From NCBI GenBank assembly GCA_964016885.1, contig OZ024761.1, positions 12,896,001-12,960,000 of the forward strand: DNA of 64,000 nt, in the 5' to 3' direction. Below the pieces are notes generated by a model, which saw nothing but the letters and a program-made list of their open reading frames with translations, made no database searches and was not told the origin of the DNA. This document shows positions 39,974-54,661 of the stretch, one piece after another. A program made the position numbers and the translations under genes. How positions within the stretch are numbered: the stretch's first letter is position 1; the number at the start of each line of letters is the position of its first letter. This DNA is from Eledone cirrhosa (lineage: Eukaryota).

Positions 39974-41578
39974 TGTTGTAGTTGTTGTTGTTGTAGTTGT
40001 TGTTGTAGTTGTTGTAGTTGTAGTTGTTGTAGTTGTTGTAGTTGTTGTAGTTGTTGCAGTTGTTGCAGTTGTTGTAGTTGTAGTTGTTGTAGTTGTTGTT
40101 GTTGTAGTTGTAGTTGTAGTTGTAGTTGTTGTAGTTGTTGTTGTAGTTGTTGTAGTTGTAGTTGTTGTTGTTGTGTAGTTGTTGTAGTTGCTGTAGTTGT
40201 TGTAGTTGTTGTAGTTGTATAGTTGTAGTTGTTGTAGTTGTTGTTGTGTAGTTGCTGTAGTTGTTGTATAGTTGTAGTTGTTGTAGTTGTTGTTGTTGTA
40301 TAGTTGTTGTAGTTGCTGTAGTTGTTGTTGCTGTAGTTGTAGTTGTAGTAGCTGTAGTTGTAGTTGTAGTTGTAGTTGCTGTAGTTGCTGTAGTTGTATA
40401 GTTGCTGTAGTTGTTGTAGTTGCTGTAGTAGTTGTATAGTTGTTGTAGTTGCTGTAGTTGTGTAGTTGCTGTAGTTGTAGTTGCTGTAGTTGTTGTAGTT
40501 GCTGTAGTTGCTGTAGTTGCTGTAGTTGTAGTTGCTGTAGTAGTTGTAGTTGCTGTAGTTGTAGTTGCTGTAGTTGCTGTAGTGGTTGTAGTTGCTGTAG
40601 TTGTAGTTGTTGTAGTTGCTGTAGTTGTTGTAGTTGCTGTAGTTGTAGTTGTTGTAGTTTGTGTAGCTGTAGTTGCTGTAGTTGCTGTAGTTGCTGTAGT
40701 AGTTGTAGTTGCTGTAGTTGCTGTAGTAGTTGTAGTTGCTGTAGTAGTTGTAGTTGTTGTAGTTGCTGTAGTTGCTGTAGTTGCTGTAGTTGCTGTAGTT
40801 GTTGTAGTTGCTGTAGTTGTGTAGTTGCTGTAGTTGCTGTAGTAGTTGTAGTTGCTGTAGTTGCTGTAGTAGTTGTAGTTGCTGTAGTAGTTGTAGTTGC
40901 TGTAGTAGTTGTAGTTGTTGTAGTTGCTGTAGTTGCTGTAGTTGCTGTAGTTGTTGTAGTTGCTGTAGTTGTGTAGTTGTAGTTGCTGTAGTTGCTGTAG
41001 TAGTTGTAGTTGCTGTAGTTGCTGTAGTAGTTGTAGTTGCTGTAGTAGTTGTAGTTGCTGTAGTTGTTGTAGTTGCTGTAGTTGCTGTTGTAGTTGCTGT
41101 AGTTGCTGTAGTTGTTGTAGTTGTTGTAGTTGCTGTAGTTGCTGTAGTAGTTGTAGTTGCTGTAGTAGTTGTAGTTGCTGTAGTTGTTGTAGTTGCTGTA
41201 GTTGCTGTTGTAGTTGCTGTAGTTGCTGTAGTTGCTGTAGTTGCTGTAGTAGTTGTAGTTGCTGTAGTTGCTGTAGTTGTTGTAGTTGTAGTTGTTGTAG
41301 TTGCTGTAGTTGCTGTAGTTGCTGTAGTAGTTGTAGTTGCTGTAGTTGTGTAGTTGCTGTAGTTGTAGTTGCTGTAGTTGTTGTAGTTGCTGTAGTTGTG
41401 TAGTTGCTGTAGTTGTAGTTGCTGTAGTTGTTGTAGTTGCTGTAGTAGTTGTAGTTGCTGTAGTTGCTGTAGTTGTTGTAGTTGCTGTAGTTGCTGTAGT
41501 TGCTGTAGTTGTAGTTGCTGTAGTTGCTGTAGTTGTAGTTGCTGTAGTTGCTGTAGTTGCTGTAGTTGCTGTAGTTGT
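39974..41578. repeat. (GTT/GTA/GCT)n trinucleotide tract
   Basis: Source of the poly-Val and poly-Cys pseudo-ORFs. Confidence 0.95.
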
Positions 41579-42031
41579 TAGGTCTCTGGTCAGCCCTGGT
41601 CAGTCATAGTCAGACCAATCTATTATTTTTCCTGTTGTATTTTTTCATACATAAACAATGTATTTATGACTCCTCCTCCTCTCTCTCTCTCTCTCCTCTT
41701 CTCCCACCTCTCTCCTCTTCTCCCCCTTCCTCTCTCTCTCCTCTTCTCCCTCTTCTCCCTCCTCCTCTTCCCATCATCATCATCATATGGCTATTTTCTT
41801 TCCTACTGGACAACAGTATCTAATGTGTCCTCCTTGTTGTTGTTGTTGCTGTTGTTGTTGTTGTTGTTGTTTAACCCCAGGTCAGTCCTAACCCAACAAG
41901 CATGTCCATGACCAAAGATTTGTGTGTCTGTGTGTTGTTGTAAATCCTGGTTACTTTTTGTGTGTGTGTGTCTGTGTGTTGTAAATCCTGGTTACTTTAT
42001 GTGTGTGTGTGTGCATGTGTTTTTTGTCTCT

Positions 42032-42064
<33 letters not shown>

Positions 42065-42149
42065 TAGGTTATATATATATATATATTCATATGTTGATTT
42101 AACACTTCACTGCTTGCAAGTGTTTTTTAAGCTTCATATCATGTCTCCC

Positions 42150-42220
42150 TATTTTATCTGATGAGAACGCAAATATCATCCCATGATGATATTTGTTTTT
42201 GAAATGCACATAATAAAATA
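42150..42220 (+). ncRNA. Type I hammerhead ribozyme motif (family B, second copy)
   Basis: Within an about 170-bp repeat (42090-42260) homologous to 33058-33225; core CTGATGA...GAAA tgcaca TA ataaaata. Confidence 0.72.
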
Positions 42221-42250
42221 CATGGAACTCTTTTAACCATCTTTTGATCT

Positions 42251-42282
<32 letters not shown>

Positions 42283-42613
42283 CATATGTTGGTACCACAA
42301 CATCCAGTCTAAACTAATGAGGTCGTGTAGGTGTCACGACAAAAAAACACAGTCCACGCTGTAATGTGGCCGTGTAGGTAACACGGTAAAAAGGCTCCCA
42401 GTCCACACTGTAAATGTGGTTGGTGTTGGGAAGGGCATCCAGCTGTAGAAAACCTGCCAGATACAGTCCTATACGAGCGAGACACGGTCACCCGACCAAT
42501 CTTGTCTCAAATGCGACAATTCCCATCCAACCAATGCTAGCGTGGAAGATAGACGTTAAACGATGATGATGATATATATGTAATGTATATTATATAAAAT
42601 ATATTATATATAT

Positions 42614-42887
42614 GTGTTGTTTCCTTGAGCAAGACACTCTATTTCACATTGCTCCTGTTTACTCAGCTGTAGAAATGAGATGATAGGGACTGGGGTCCCT
42701 ATCATTCCACTGCAAAGTGGTCGTGGAGGGGTCACGGAAAAAAAAACACCCAGCACTCACTGTAAATGAGGTTGGTGTTAGGAAGGGCATCCAGCTGTAG
42801 AAATCAAGCCAGAATCAGTTCCCGTCCCACTCTTGCAAGCAGGGAAAAAGCGGACGTAAAATGAAATGATGATGATGATGATGATGT
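42614..42887 (+). mobile_element. 5'-truncated tRNA-derived SINE; a 5' half-copy is at 46301-46468
   Basis: Homology to 11435-11774. Confidence 0.8.
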
Positions 42888-43407
42888 ATATAACAAAGGA
42901 AGTGTGGTAAGGAACCAGATGGACCATAACGCACCAGAGTACTCAATACTTAGGGTTGTAGAGTGGGTATTAGGAAAATGTTTAACGGTTTGAGCTCTGC
43001 TGGCGGGGTTAAACATTTTCCTATATATATATAATGTAATTGCATATATATGATAAGAGATGTCATTTAAACTGAAATATAACCTAATATGACATCTGAC
43101 ATATCACATGCTTTTGTTGTTGTTGTTGTTGCTGTTGTTACTGTTATTGATGCTTTTGTTGTTGTTGTTGTTGCTGTTGTTACTGTTATTGATGCTTTTG
43201 TTGTTGTTGTTGCTGTTGTTACTGTTATTGATGCTTTTGTTGTTTTGTTGCTGTTACTGTTGTTGTTACTGTTGATGTTGTTACTGTTATTGTTGTTATT
43301 GTTAGTTGTTGTTACTGTTACTGTTGTTATTGCTGCTGCTGCTGTTGTTGTTGTTGTTACTGTTGTAGTATAGTTATTTTTCTCACCCAGCTCCTTACAA
43401 GTGGCAC

Positions 43408-44860
43408 TTCTCACTCTACCTAGCCTCTCCCTCTGCCACAGCCATCCTCCCTTCTCACTCTACCTAGCCTCTCCCTCTGCTACAGCCATCCTCCCTTCTC
43501 ACTCTACCTAGCCTCTCCCTCTGCCACAGCCATCCTCCCTTCTCACTCTACCTAGCCTCTCCCTCTGCCACAGCCATCCTCCCTTCTCACTCTACCTAGC
43601 CTCTCCCTCTGCCACAGCCATCCTCCCTTCTCACTCTACCTAGCCTCTCCCTCTGCCACAGCCATCCTCCCTTCTCACTCTACCTAGCCTCTCCCTCTGC
43701 CACAGCCATCCTCCCTTCTCACTCTACCTAGCCTCTCCCTCTGCCACAGCCATCCTCCCTTCTCACTCTACCTAGCCTCTCCCTCTGCCACAGCCATCCT
43801 CCCTTCTCACTCTACCTAGCCTCTCCCTCTGCCACAGTCATCCTACCTTCTCACTCTACCTAGCCTCTCCCTCTGCCACAGCCATCCTCCCTTCTCACTC
43901 TACCTAGCCTCTCCCTCTGCCACAGCCATCCTCCCTTCTCACTCTACCTAGCCTCTCCCTCTGCCACAGCCATCCTCCCTTCTCACTCTACCTAGCCTCT
44001 CCCTCTGCCACAGCCATCCTCCCTTCTCACTCTACCTAGCCTCTCCCTCTGCCACAGCCATCCTCCCTTCTCACTCTACCTAGCCTCTCCCTCTGCCACA
44101 GCCATCCTCCCTTCTCACTCTACCTAGCCTCTCCCTCTGCCACAGCCATCCTCCCTTCTCACTCTACCTAGCCTCTCCCTCTGCCACAGCCATCCTCCCT
44201 TCTCACTCTACCTAGCCTCTCCCTCTGCCACAGCCATCCTCCCTTCTCACTCTACCTAGCCTCTCCCTCTGCCACAGTCATCCTACCTTCTCACTCTACC
44301 TAGCCTCTCCCTCTGCCACAGCCATCCTCCCTTCTCACTCTACCTAGCCTCTCCCTCTGCCACAGCCATCCTCCCTTCTCACTCTACCTAGCCTCTCCCT
44401 CTGCCACAGCCATCCTCCCTTCTCACTCTACCTAGCCTCTCCCTCTGCCACAGCCATCCTCCCTTCTCACTCTACCTAGCCTCTCCCTCTGCCACAGCCA
44501 TCCTCCCTTCTCACTCTACCTAGCCTCTCCCTCTGCCACAGCCATCCTCCCTTCTCACTCTTCCTAGCCTCTCCCTCTGCCACAGTCATCCTACCTTCTC
44601 ACTCTACCTAGCCTCTCCCTCTGCCACAGTCATCCTCCCTTCTCACTCTACCTAGCCTCTCCCTCTGCCACAGCCATCCTCCCTTCTCACTCTTCCTAGC
44701 CTCTCCCTCTGCCACAGTCATCCTACCTTCTCACTCTACCTAGCCTCTCCCTCTGCCACAGTCATCCTCCCTTCTCACTCTACCTAGCCTCTCCCTCTGC
44801 CACAGCCATCCTACCTTCTCACTCTACCTAGCCTCTCCCTCTGCCACAGTCATCCTACAT
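43408..44860. repeat. 44-bp pyrimidine-rich minisatellite, about 33 copies
   Basis: Unit ttctcactctacctagcctctccctctgccacagccatcctccc. Confidence 0.95.
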
Positions 44861-46524
44861 CCTCCACTTCCTACCCAAAGACAATAATCCTTTGGTTTGA
44901 CAATGTCACAATAGATTCTCTGTTAAAATATACAGTGATCCTCACACACACACACACAGCCACACATAGCCACACACACACACAGCCACACATAGCCACA
45001 CACACACAGCCACACACATAGCCACACACACAGCCACACACACACACAGCCACACACATAGCCACACACACACACAGCCACACATAGCCACACACACACA
45101 CAGCCACACATAGCCACACACACACAGCCACACACATAGCCACACACACAGCCACACACACACACAGCCACACACATAGCCACACATCCATACATGCACA
45201 TACACAGCCACACATGCACACACACACACACAGCCACACATAGCCACACACATAGCCACACACACACACAGCCACACACATAGCCACACACACACACAGC
45301 CACACACATAGCCACACATCCATACATGCACATACACAGCCACACATGCACACACACACACATAGCCATACATGCACACAGCCACACACGCACACACAAC
45401 CAAACACAACCACACACACACACACACATAGCCATACATGCACACAGCCACACATGCACACACACACACACGCACACATAGCCACATATGTACGCACACT
45501 ACACTCTTCCCCCACAATCACATTGTCCACCCCCTCACTGTAGTGGTGGTGGAGGTGATGGTAATGGTGGAGGTGGTGGTGGAGGTGGTGGAGGTTGTGA
45601 TGGTGGAGGTGGTGGAGTTGATGTTGGTGGAGGTGATGTTGGTGGTGGTGGTGATGGTGGAGTTGATGTTGGTGGAGGTGATGATGCTAGTGGTGGAGGT
45701 GGTGAAGGTAGTGGTGGTGGTAGTGATGTTGGTGGTGGTGGTGATATAATTCTTTGTAGTCTTCACACAATATATAAAGTGGATGTAATTAGATTTGACC
45801 AATACATGACCAATACATGTGATGATGTCTGAATTTGACCCCAGATCTTTCCTAAAATAAGTCTAAAATATCTACCATACGTCCTGGAGGCCGAAGGTTG
45901 TTTATTATTTTATTTCAAATCCAAAGGGCGGTGGATTGTCAGTATTGGTAGAGGGTCGGACGCCATGCTTTGACGCATAGAGTTACGGCCCTTGCCATTC
46001 TGTGTTCAAATCCTGCCGAGGTTAACTTTGCCTTTCATCCTTACGGGGTCGATAAAATAAAGTACCAGTAATGTACTGGGATAATTGCTGGCCTTGTGCC
46101 TAAAGTAAAAACAATTATTTTTTTTTCAAATTTTTGGTTGTCAAAATTAGGGTGTGTCCTCGATGATGAAGCGTCTTAGGCGTTGGGAAATATAGGAGTT
46201 TCTTTATTAGTTATAAAGGATTGTCCTTAGAATATAGTAAACATAAATATTGGGGTTACAATAATACAACCAGGGGTAAGGCGTTAAACCTACCACCACG
46301 AGGCACATGACTTACTGGTTAGAGCATTGGGCTTGCAATCGAAAGGTTGTGAGTTCAATTCTCGGACCGGGTGAAGTGTTGTTTCCTTGAGCAAGACACT
46401 TTATTTCACATTGTTCCAGTTTACTCAGCTGTAGAAATGAGATGATAGAGACTGGGGTCCATATCATTAAATCACCCAAGACACCTCCAACGAGATATAC
46501 CTTGGAGGAGGTCAGCTAAACCTG

Positions 46525-47800
46525 CATAGGTGTGAGCTGTCACACACACACACATAGGTGTGAGCTGTCACACACACACATAGGTGTGAGCTGTCACACA
46601 CACACACATAGGTGTGAGCTGTCACACACACACACACATAGGTGTGAGCTGTCACACACACACACATAGGTGTGAGCTGTCACACACACACACATAGGTG
46701 TGGGCTGTCACACACACACACATAGGTGTGAGCTGTCACACACACACACATAGGTGTGAGCTGTCACACACACACACACATAGGTGTGAGCTGTCACACA
46801 CACACACATAGGTGTGAGCTGTCACACACACACACATAGGTGTGGGCTGTCACACACACACACATAGGTGTGAGCTGTCACACACACACACATAGGTGTG
46901 AGCTGTCACACACACACACACATAGGTGTGAGCTGTCACACACACACACATAGGTGTGAGCTGTCACACACACACACACATAGGTGTGAGCTGTCACACA
47001 CACACACATAGGTGTGGGCTGTCACACACACACACATAGGTGTGAGCTGTCACACACACACACACATAGGTGTGAGCTGTCACACACACACACATAGGTG
47101 TGAGCTGTCACACACACACACACATAGGTGTGAGCTGTCACACATACACACATAGGTGTGAGCTGTCACACACACACATAGGTGTGAGCTGTCACACACA
47201 CACATAGGTGTGAGCTGTCACACACACACACATAGGTGTGAGCTGTCACACACACACACATAGGTGTGAGCTGTCACACACACACACACATAGGTGTGAG
47301 CTGTCACACACACACACATAGGTGTGAGCTGTCACACACACACACATAGGTGTGAGCTGTCACACACACACACACATAGGTGTGGGCTGTCACACACACA
47401 CACATAGGTGTGGGCTGTCACACACACACACATAGGTGTGGGCTGTCACACACACACACATAGGTGTGAGCTGTCACACACACACACATAGGTGTGAGCT
47501 GTCACACACACACACACATAGGTGTGAGCTGTCACACACACACACATAGGTGTGAGCTGTCACACACACACACACATAGGTGTGAGCTGTCACACACACA
47601 CACATAGGTGTGAGCTGTCACACACACACACACATAGGTGTGAGCTGTCACACACACACACATAGGTGTGAGCTGTCACACACACACACACATAGGTGTG
47701 AGCTGTCACACACACACACACATAGGTGTGAGCTGTCACATACACACACATAGGTGTCAGCTGTCACACACACACACATAGGTGTGAGCTGTCACATACA
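46525..47800. repeat. About 28-bp minisatellite taggtgtgagctgt(ca)n
   Basis: Variable (CA) count per unit. Confidence 0.95.
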
Positions 47801-48752
47801 CACACTCACACACACTCCCAACCGTAAGGAGTAGAGTTAGGGTTAGGGGTTAGATCTACCACCCTTAAGAAAGAAGGTTTTGTACGATGGCCACAGTTTA
47901 TAATATCCAGGGGGTTCCCCTACTCTCCTCCACTGTTTCAGCAGATCTTTTTCTGTATTTAAGTTGTTTACGAAAACAACAATTAATACCACAATCACCA
48001 CCACTGCCGCCACCATTACACCTCCACCAACACCACTACCACAACTATCACCACCATAACCACCACCACCATAACCATCACCACCGCCATCACCATCACC
48101 ACCATTACACCGCCACCTCCACCACAACCACCACCACCATAACCACCACCACCATAACCACCACCATCACCACCGCCATCACCATCACCACCATTATACC
48201 ACTACCACTACCACAACCACCTCCACCTCCACCACCACCACCACCACTACCACAACCACCACCACCACCAGCACCACCACCACTACCACAACCACCTCCA
48301 CCTCCACCTCCACCACCACCACCACAACCACCACTACCACCACCACCACCAATCTGTTTCTCTCCTAACAAACTCATTTCGTCATCGGAGCTTTTAATCT
48401 CATTATAGGATTTATATGTATAATCCACTTTCCCCACCACCACCATCACTACCACCACTACCACTACCACCACCATCACCACCATCACTACCACCTCTAC
48501 CACCACCGCCATTGCCACCACCACTATCAATGCCACTGCCACCACCACCGCCATCACCACTATCAACGTCACTAACATCACATGTCGACACCAGCACGGT
48601 CTGCTCTCGTGCAGACAACATCACATGTCCATACCAGTGCAGTCCTCTCTCTTGCACACTTCTACAGATTCCTCTTCTACACTTCATATCCTTTCTAATA
48701 CCAACTCCTTCACGGTGTGTATTGATAGCATTTTATCATGGTGCCAGCAGGA

Positions 48753-49270
48753 CCACTTTACAGTGTGTACTGGGTGTACTGGTGTTGACACTTTACAGGG
48801 TGTACTGGGTGTACTGGTGTTGCCACTTTACAGAGTGTACTGGGTGTATTGGTGTTGCCATTTTACAGAGTGGACTGGGTGTACTGGTGTTGCCACTTTA
48901 CAGAGTGTACTGGGTGTATTGGTGTTGCCACTTTACAGAGTGTACTGGGTGTATTGGTGTTGCCACTTTACAGAGTGTACTGGGTGTATTGGTGTTGCCA
49001 CTTTGCAGAGTGGACTAGGTGTATTGGTGTTGCCACTTTACAGAGTGTGCTGGGTGTAATGACACTTCCACTTTACAGAGTGTACTGGGTGTAATGACAC
49101 TTCCACTTTATAGAGTGGACTGGGTGTAATGACACTTCCACTTTACAGAGTGGACTGGGTGTATTGACACTGCCTCTTTACAGAGTGGACTGGGTGTATT
49201 GATACTGCCTCTTTACAGAGTGGACTGGGTGTATTGACACTGCCTCTTTACAGAGTGAACTCGGTGTATT
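48753..49270. repeat. 35-bp minisatellite next to a short RTE fragment (about 48610-48690, minus strand)
   Basis: Unit ccactttacagagtgtactgggtgtattggtgttg; adjacent 'GLHWYGHVM' on the minus strand. Confidence 0.85.
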
Positions 49271-49575
49271 GGCGATAGAGCTTGATCCTGTCTTCTATGG
49301 TAATAAATATATCAGTTGATAGCAAAGTCTGTTTAGATGTTTAGATGGCAGAGGGCAGTCTAGAGAGTGTGTGGAGTATTGTTTAGTCTTATCAGTTATG
49401 TCAATAAAATTGTACTTGTATGGAACTGAACTTTAGAATTTAACATTTTGCATTTGTTATCATATGTCCTCCTTCTTCAATCAACCCCCCCCACTGACAT
49501 ACACTCCTGCTTCTAGCACAAAAACTGTTTTAAAAATAGAACCACAGGATGGAGGGAATAAAACAAAATGTTTAA

Positions 49576-50221
49576 CCCTTTAGTATTTAACCCTTTATCA
49601 TTTACATTACTCTATATATACCATTGTATTTTCACGGTAAAGGCTTTACTTCACATATCATTTACATTACTCTATATATACCATTGTATTTTCACGGTAA
49701 AGGCTTTACTTCACATAACATTTACATTACTCTATATTTACCATTGTATTTTCACGGTAAAGGCTTTACTTCACATAACATTTACATTACTCTATATTTA
49801 CCATTGTATTCTCACGGTAAAGGCTTTACTTCACATAATTATCTCACATAATATAGAATCTATGATTTTTGATATTATTTATTTTGGGAACAATACCTTA
49901 ACATCAGTATTAGTGGCTGGTTACTGCCAGTTTGAGCAGAAAAAGGTGAGAGAATTCTGGCCGGATAAAGCCAGTTTAAATGCTAAAGGGTTAAACTGGC
50001 CATATCCGGCCACAACTCTCTCTTACCTCTTTCTGTTCAAACCGGCTGTAACTGGCCACTCATACTGATGTTAAGGTATTGTTTTCAAAATAAATAACAT
50101 CAAAATTTGTGGTTACTTATTTTGAGAAGAATACCTTAACATCAGTATGAGGGGCGAAGTTACAGCTGGTTTGAACAGAAAGAGGTGAGAGAGAGTTCTG
50201 GCCGGTTTAAATGATAAAGGG
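49576..50221. mobile_element. piggyBac-like MITE(s) with 60-bp internal repeats and rearranged ends
   Basis: TTAA-CCCTTTA...TAAATGCTAAAGGG-TTAA (49990), followed by an inverted partial copy. Confidence 0.7.
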
Positions 50222-50294
50222 TTATGTTCAAAACATCAAATTGATAATGAGAAAGTTAGTTATTTAACTAAATCCCTCCAAATTCTTGATGGCA

Positions 50295-52690
50295 TAGTCT
50301 GTCTTTCATTAAAAATATGGTAATGAAAGGGTTAATGACATAGACTATGTCTTTCATTAGAAATATGGTAATGAAAGGGTTAATGACATAGGCAGTGTCT
50401 TTCATTAGAAATATGGTAATGAAAGGGTTAATGACATAGACAATGTCTTTCATCAGAAATATGGTAATGAAAGGGTTAATGACATAGACAATGTCTTTCA
50501 TCAGAAATATGGTAATGAAAGGGTTAATGACATAGGCAGTGTCTTTCATTAGAAATATGGTAATGAAAGGGTTAATGACATAGACAATGTCTTTCATCAG
50601 AAATATGGTAATGAAAGGGTTAATGACATAGAGAGTGTCTTTCATTAGAAATATGGTAATGAAAGGGTTAATGACATAGACAATGTCTTTCATCAGAAAT
50701 ATGGTAATGAAAGGGTTAATGACATAGGCAGTGTCTTTCATTAGAAATATGGTAATGGAAGGGTTAATGACATAGACAGTGTCTTTCATTAGAAATATGG
50801 TAATGGAAGGGTTAATGTCATAAACAGTGTCTTTCATTAGAAATATGGTAATGACAGGGTTAATGACATAGACAGTGTCTTTCATTAGAAATATGGTAAT
50901 GGAAGGGTTAATGACATAGACAGTGTCTTTTATTAGAAATATGGTAATGGAAGGGTTAAGGACATAGACAGTGTCTTTCATTAGAAATATGGTAATGGAA
51001 GGGTTAAGGACATAGACAGTGTCTTTCATTAGAAATATGGTAATGAAAGGGTGAATGACATAGACAGTGTCTTTCATTAGAAATATGGTAATGACAGGGT
51101 TAATGACATAGACAGTGTCTTTCATTAGAAATATGGTAATGAAAGGGTTAATGACATAGACAGTGTCTTTCATTAGAAATATGGTAATGACAGGGTTAAT
51201 GTCATAGACAGTGTCTTTCATTAGAAATATGGTAATGACAGGGTTAAGGACATAGACAGTGTCTTTCATTAGAAATATGGTAATGGAAGGGTTAATGACA
51301 TAGACAGTGTCTTTCATTAGAAATATGGTAATGACAGGGTTAATGACATAGACAGTGTCTTTCATTAGAAATATGGTAATGGAAGGGTTAATGACATAGA
51401 CAGTGTCTTTCATTAGAAATATGGTAATGGAAGGGTTAAGGACATAGACAGTGTCTTTCATTAGAAATATGGTAATGGAAGGGTTAATGACATAGGCAGT
51501 GTTTTTCATTAGAAATATGGTAATGGAAGGGTTAAGGACATAGACAGTGTCTTTCATTAGAAATATGGTAATGGAAGGGTTAATGACATAGGCAGTGTTT
51601 TTCATTAGAAATATGGTAATGGAAGGGTTAAGGACATAGACAGTGTCTTTCATTAGAAATATGGTAATGAAAGGGTTAATGATATAGACAGTGTCTTTCA
51701 TTAGAAATATGGTAATGAAAGGGTTAATGACACAGACAGTGTCTTTCATTAGAAATATGGTAATGAAAGGGTTAATGACACAGACAGTGTCTTTCATTAG
51801 AAATATAGTAATGAAAGGGCTAATGACATAGACAGTGTCTTTCATTAGAAATATGGTAATGAAAGGGTGAATGACATAGACAGTGTCTTTCATTAGAAAT
51901 ATGGTAATGAAAGGGTTGATGACATAGACAGTGTCTTTCATTAGAAATATGGTAATGGAAGGGTTAAGGACACAGACAGTGTCTTTCATTAGAAATATAG
52001 TAATGAAAGGGCTAATGACATAGACAGTGTCTTTCATTAGAAATATGGTAATGGAAGGGTTAAGGACATAGACAGTGTCTTTCATTAGAAATATGGTAAT
52101 GGAAGGGTTAATGACATAGACAGTGTCTTTCATTAGAAATATGGTAATGACAGGGTTAATGTCATAGACAGTGTCTTTCATTAGAAATATAGTAATGGAA
52201 GGGTTAATGACATAGACAGTGTCTTTCATTAGAAATATGGTAATGACAGGGTTAATGTCATAGACAGTGTCTTTCATTAGAAATATAGTAATGGAAGGGT
52301 TAATGACATAGACAGTGTCTTTCATTAGAAATATGGTAATGACAGGGTTAATGTCATAGACAGTGTCTTTCATTAGAAATATAGTAATGGAAGGGTTAAT
52401 GACATAGACAGTGTCTTTCATTAGAAATATGGTAATGACAGGGTTAATGTCATAGACAGTGTCTTTCATTAGAAATATAGTAATGGAAGGGTTAATGACA
52501 TAGACATTGTCTTTCATTAGAAATATGGTAATGACAGGGTTAATGTCATAGACAGTGTCTTTCATTAGAAATATAGTAATGGAAGGGTTAATGACATAGA
52601 CAGTGTCTTTCATTAGAAATATGGTAATGACAGGGTTAAGGACATAGACAGTGTCTTTCATTAGAAATATGGTAATGACAGGGTTAAGGG
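50295..52690 (-). repeat. 48-bp satellite, about 50 copies
   Basis: Gives the 832-aa 'MKDTVYVINPFITIFL' pseudo-ORF. Confidence 0.95.
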
Positions 52691-53274
52691 CATAGGCCAC
52701 AAGTGAGAACTCTCTCATACCCAGATATCTCACTGCAGCCAACCCTGTCACGGGTCGAATGCCCATCCTTCAAACCTTTGCATGAACAAACAGACCTACA
52801 CATGTACACAGACAAGCACACACATGTCCACTTACTATATACATTATTTACCTCTCTTTCTTAACCTCTCTTATACTTAAGATATCACTGACCAGCAACT
52901 CTCCAAAATGGCTGACTGAATACACAGGTGCTTTTTCTCAATGTTTTTCCCGTTCCTTCCATTTCTTACGATCTATCTTTCTATTTCATCCTATATTTCT
53001 CATTCTATTTTCTGATGAAGGACTAGTGTCTGAAACATAAAGCCACTTTTCCTACTATATCAAGCATTAAACTAATATATTTCTTCATTATACTATGTTG
53101 TTTGTTTTGTTATTTTTGCTTACTTTTTGCACACACACACACACACACACATACATATATATATATTTATATGTATATATATATATATTTATATGATGTA
53201 TAGGGTATGTTTTACATGATGTATATAGTGTATACACTGTATATATATATATAATACCCACAAAATTATTAACT

Positions 53275-54240
53275 ATGTTGCCAACAACAACCCTGAGCAC
53301 CTTTTTGAATTCCATGTGTCTAACACAAGTGGGCATGCCTACAAAGTCAGAAAACAGCACAGCCTCCCATGACTTTCGGAAACATTTTTTCACGCTCAGA
53401 GTTGCTGAAGCATGGAACAAACTACCTGCATCAGTTGTTAGCTGTCGAGACACTGCATCCTTTAAAACCTCCATGGAACAAACTACCTGCATCAGTTGTT
53501 AGCTGTCGAGACACTGCATCCTTTAAAACCTCCATGGAACAAACTACCTGCATCAGTTGTTAGCTGTCGAGACACTGCATCCTTTAAAACCTCCATGGAA
53601 CAAACTACCTGCATCAGTTGTTAGCTGTCGAGACACTGCATCCTTTAAAACCTCCATGGAACAAACTACCTGCATCAGTTGTTAGCTGTCGAGACACTGC
53701 ATCCTTTAAAACCTCCATGGAACAAACTACCTGCATCAGTTGTTAGCTGTCGAGACACTGCATCCTTTAAAACCTCCATGGAACAAACTACCTGCATCAG
53801 TTGTTAGCTGCTGAGACACTGCATCCATTAAAACCTCCATGGAACAAACTACCTGCATCAGTTGTTAGCTGCTGAGACACTGCATCCTTTAAAACCTCCA
53901 TGTTTCCTGAGATTGGCCAACACTACACCTATATCCTCCTCTATACACACGCACACATGTATATCATGACTCATACACTGTTTATTTTCCTGACATTTGT
54001 ACATTATTCTATGTACTCTACATGCACCTTTGATGAGTTGTAGTGCACCTGAGCACTGTACACAATAATTTTCATTATTATTATATATACATACATATAT
54101 ATACATGTGTGTGTCTGTGTGTATATCATTACTCATACACTGTTCATTTTCCTGACATTTGTACTTTATTCTATGTACTATACATGGACCTTTGATGAGT
54201 TGTAGTGCACCTGAGAACTGTACACAATAATTTCATTATT
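53275..54240 (+). mobile_element. CR1-like LINE 3' end with a 61-bp segment amplified about 8 times and a duplicated 3'UTR
   Basis: 'RKHFFTLRVAEAWNKLPASVVS..ASFK' is the characteristic CR1 ORF2 C-terminus; (ATT)n tails. Confidence 0.8.
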
Positions 54241-54289
54241 ATTATTATTATATTATTATATATATATGTGTATGTGTATATATTTCTAG

Positions 54290-54364
54290 GTGGAAGAGTT
54301 GAGCAGTAAAGCTACTGTGGATAAAAAGGAGATGGAAGAGAGACATGATCTTGTAAAGGAGCAG
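54290..54364 (+). CDS. ACAP2: ACAP BAR C-terminal exon: VEELSSKATVDKKEMEERHDLVKEQ
   Basis: tttctag acceptor, gtctgt donor, 75 nt, phase 0-0. Resembles 'LDRLVVDAAKEKREMEQKHSTIQQK'. Confidence 0.9.
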
Positions 54365-54661
54365 GTCTGTGTTATCAAATGTTTTTATCATTATTCCCTA
54401 CATTCCCTTACTGTAGGGGGGTGGGGCTGGTGCATCCTTTCCATACCGGTGGGGGCATGGGTTGGACCCCTTTGATACCAAATTGCCTGAAACTGCCCAT
54501 TATTTTGTTGTAAAGTGTTTATATTCATCTAAAAACCTTTTGTCATAATTTTATATCAGAACCTTTGTTAAGTTATGTTCCAAATACCGACTTAATGAGA
54601 AAGTTAGTTATATTACTAAATCCGTCCAAATTCTTGATTATTTAAAAAAATTAATTGAAAA

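Noticed and set aside
39947-41609. Cys-rich, metallothionein-looking and poly-Val ORFs
   Set aside because: Trinucleotide repeat translation; no supported splice structure.
46525-47800. Regular repeat-spacer look, CRISPR-like
   Set aside because: The 'spacers' are only (CA)n of variable length; eukaryotic context with no cas genes.
47836-47853. TTAGGG-like motifs
   Set aside because: Only 2-3 imperfect units; too short to call interstitial telomeric sequence.
50268-52766. 832-aa ORF of MKDTVYVINPFITIFL repeats
   Set aside because: It is a 48-bp satellite that happens to lack stops in one frame; antisense in an intron, with no domain resemblance.
53007-53045. CTGATGA-aggactagtgtct-GAAA hammerhead-like core
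   Set aside because: Stem III and stem I cannot be closed convincingly; at best a decayed remnant.
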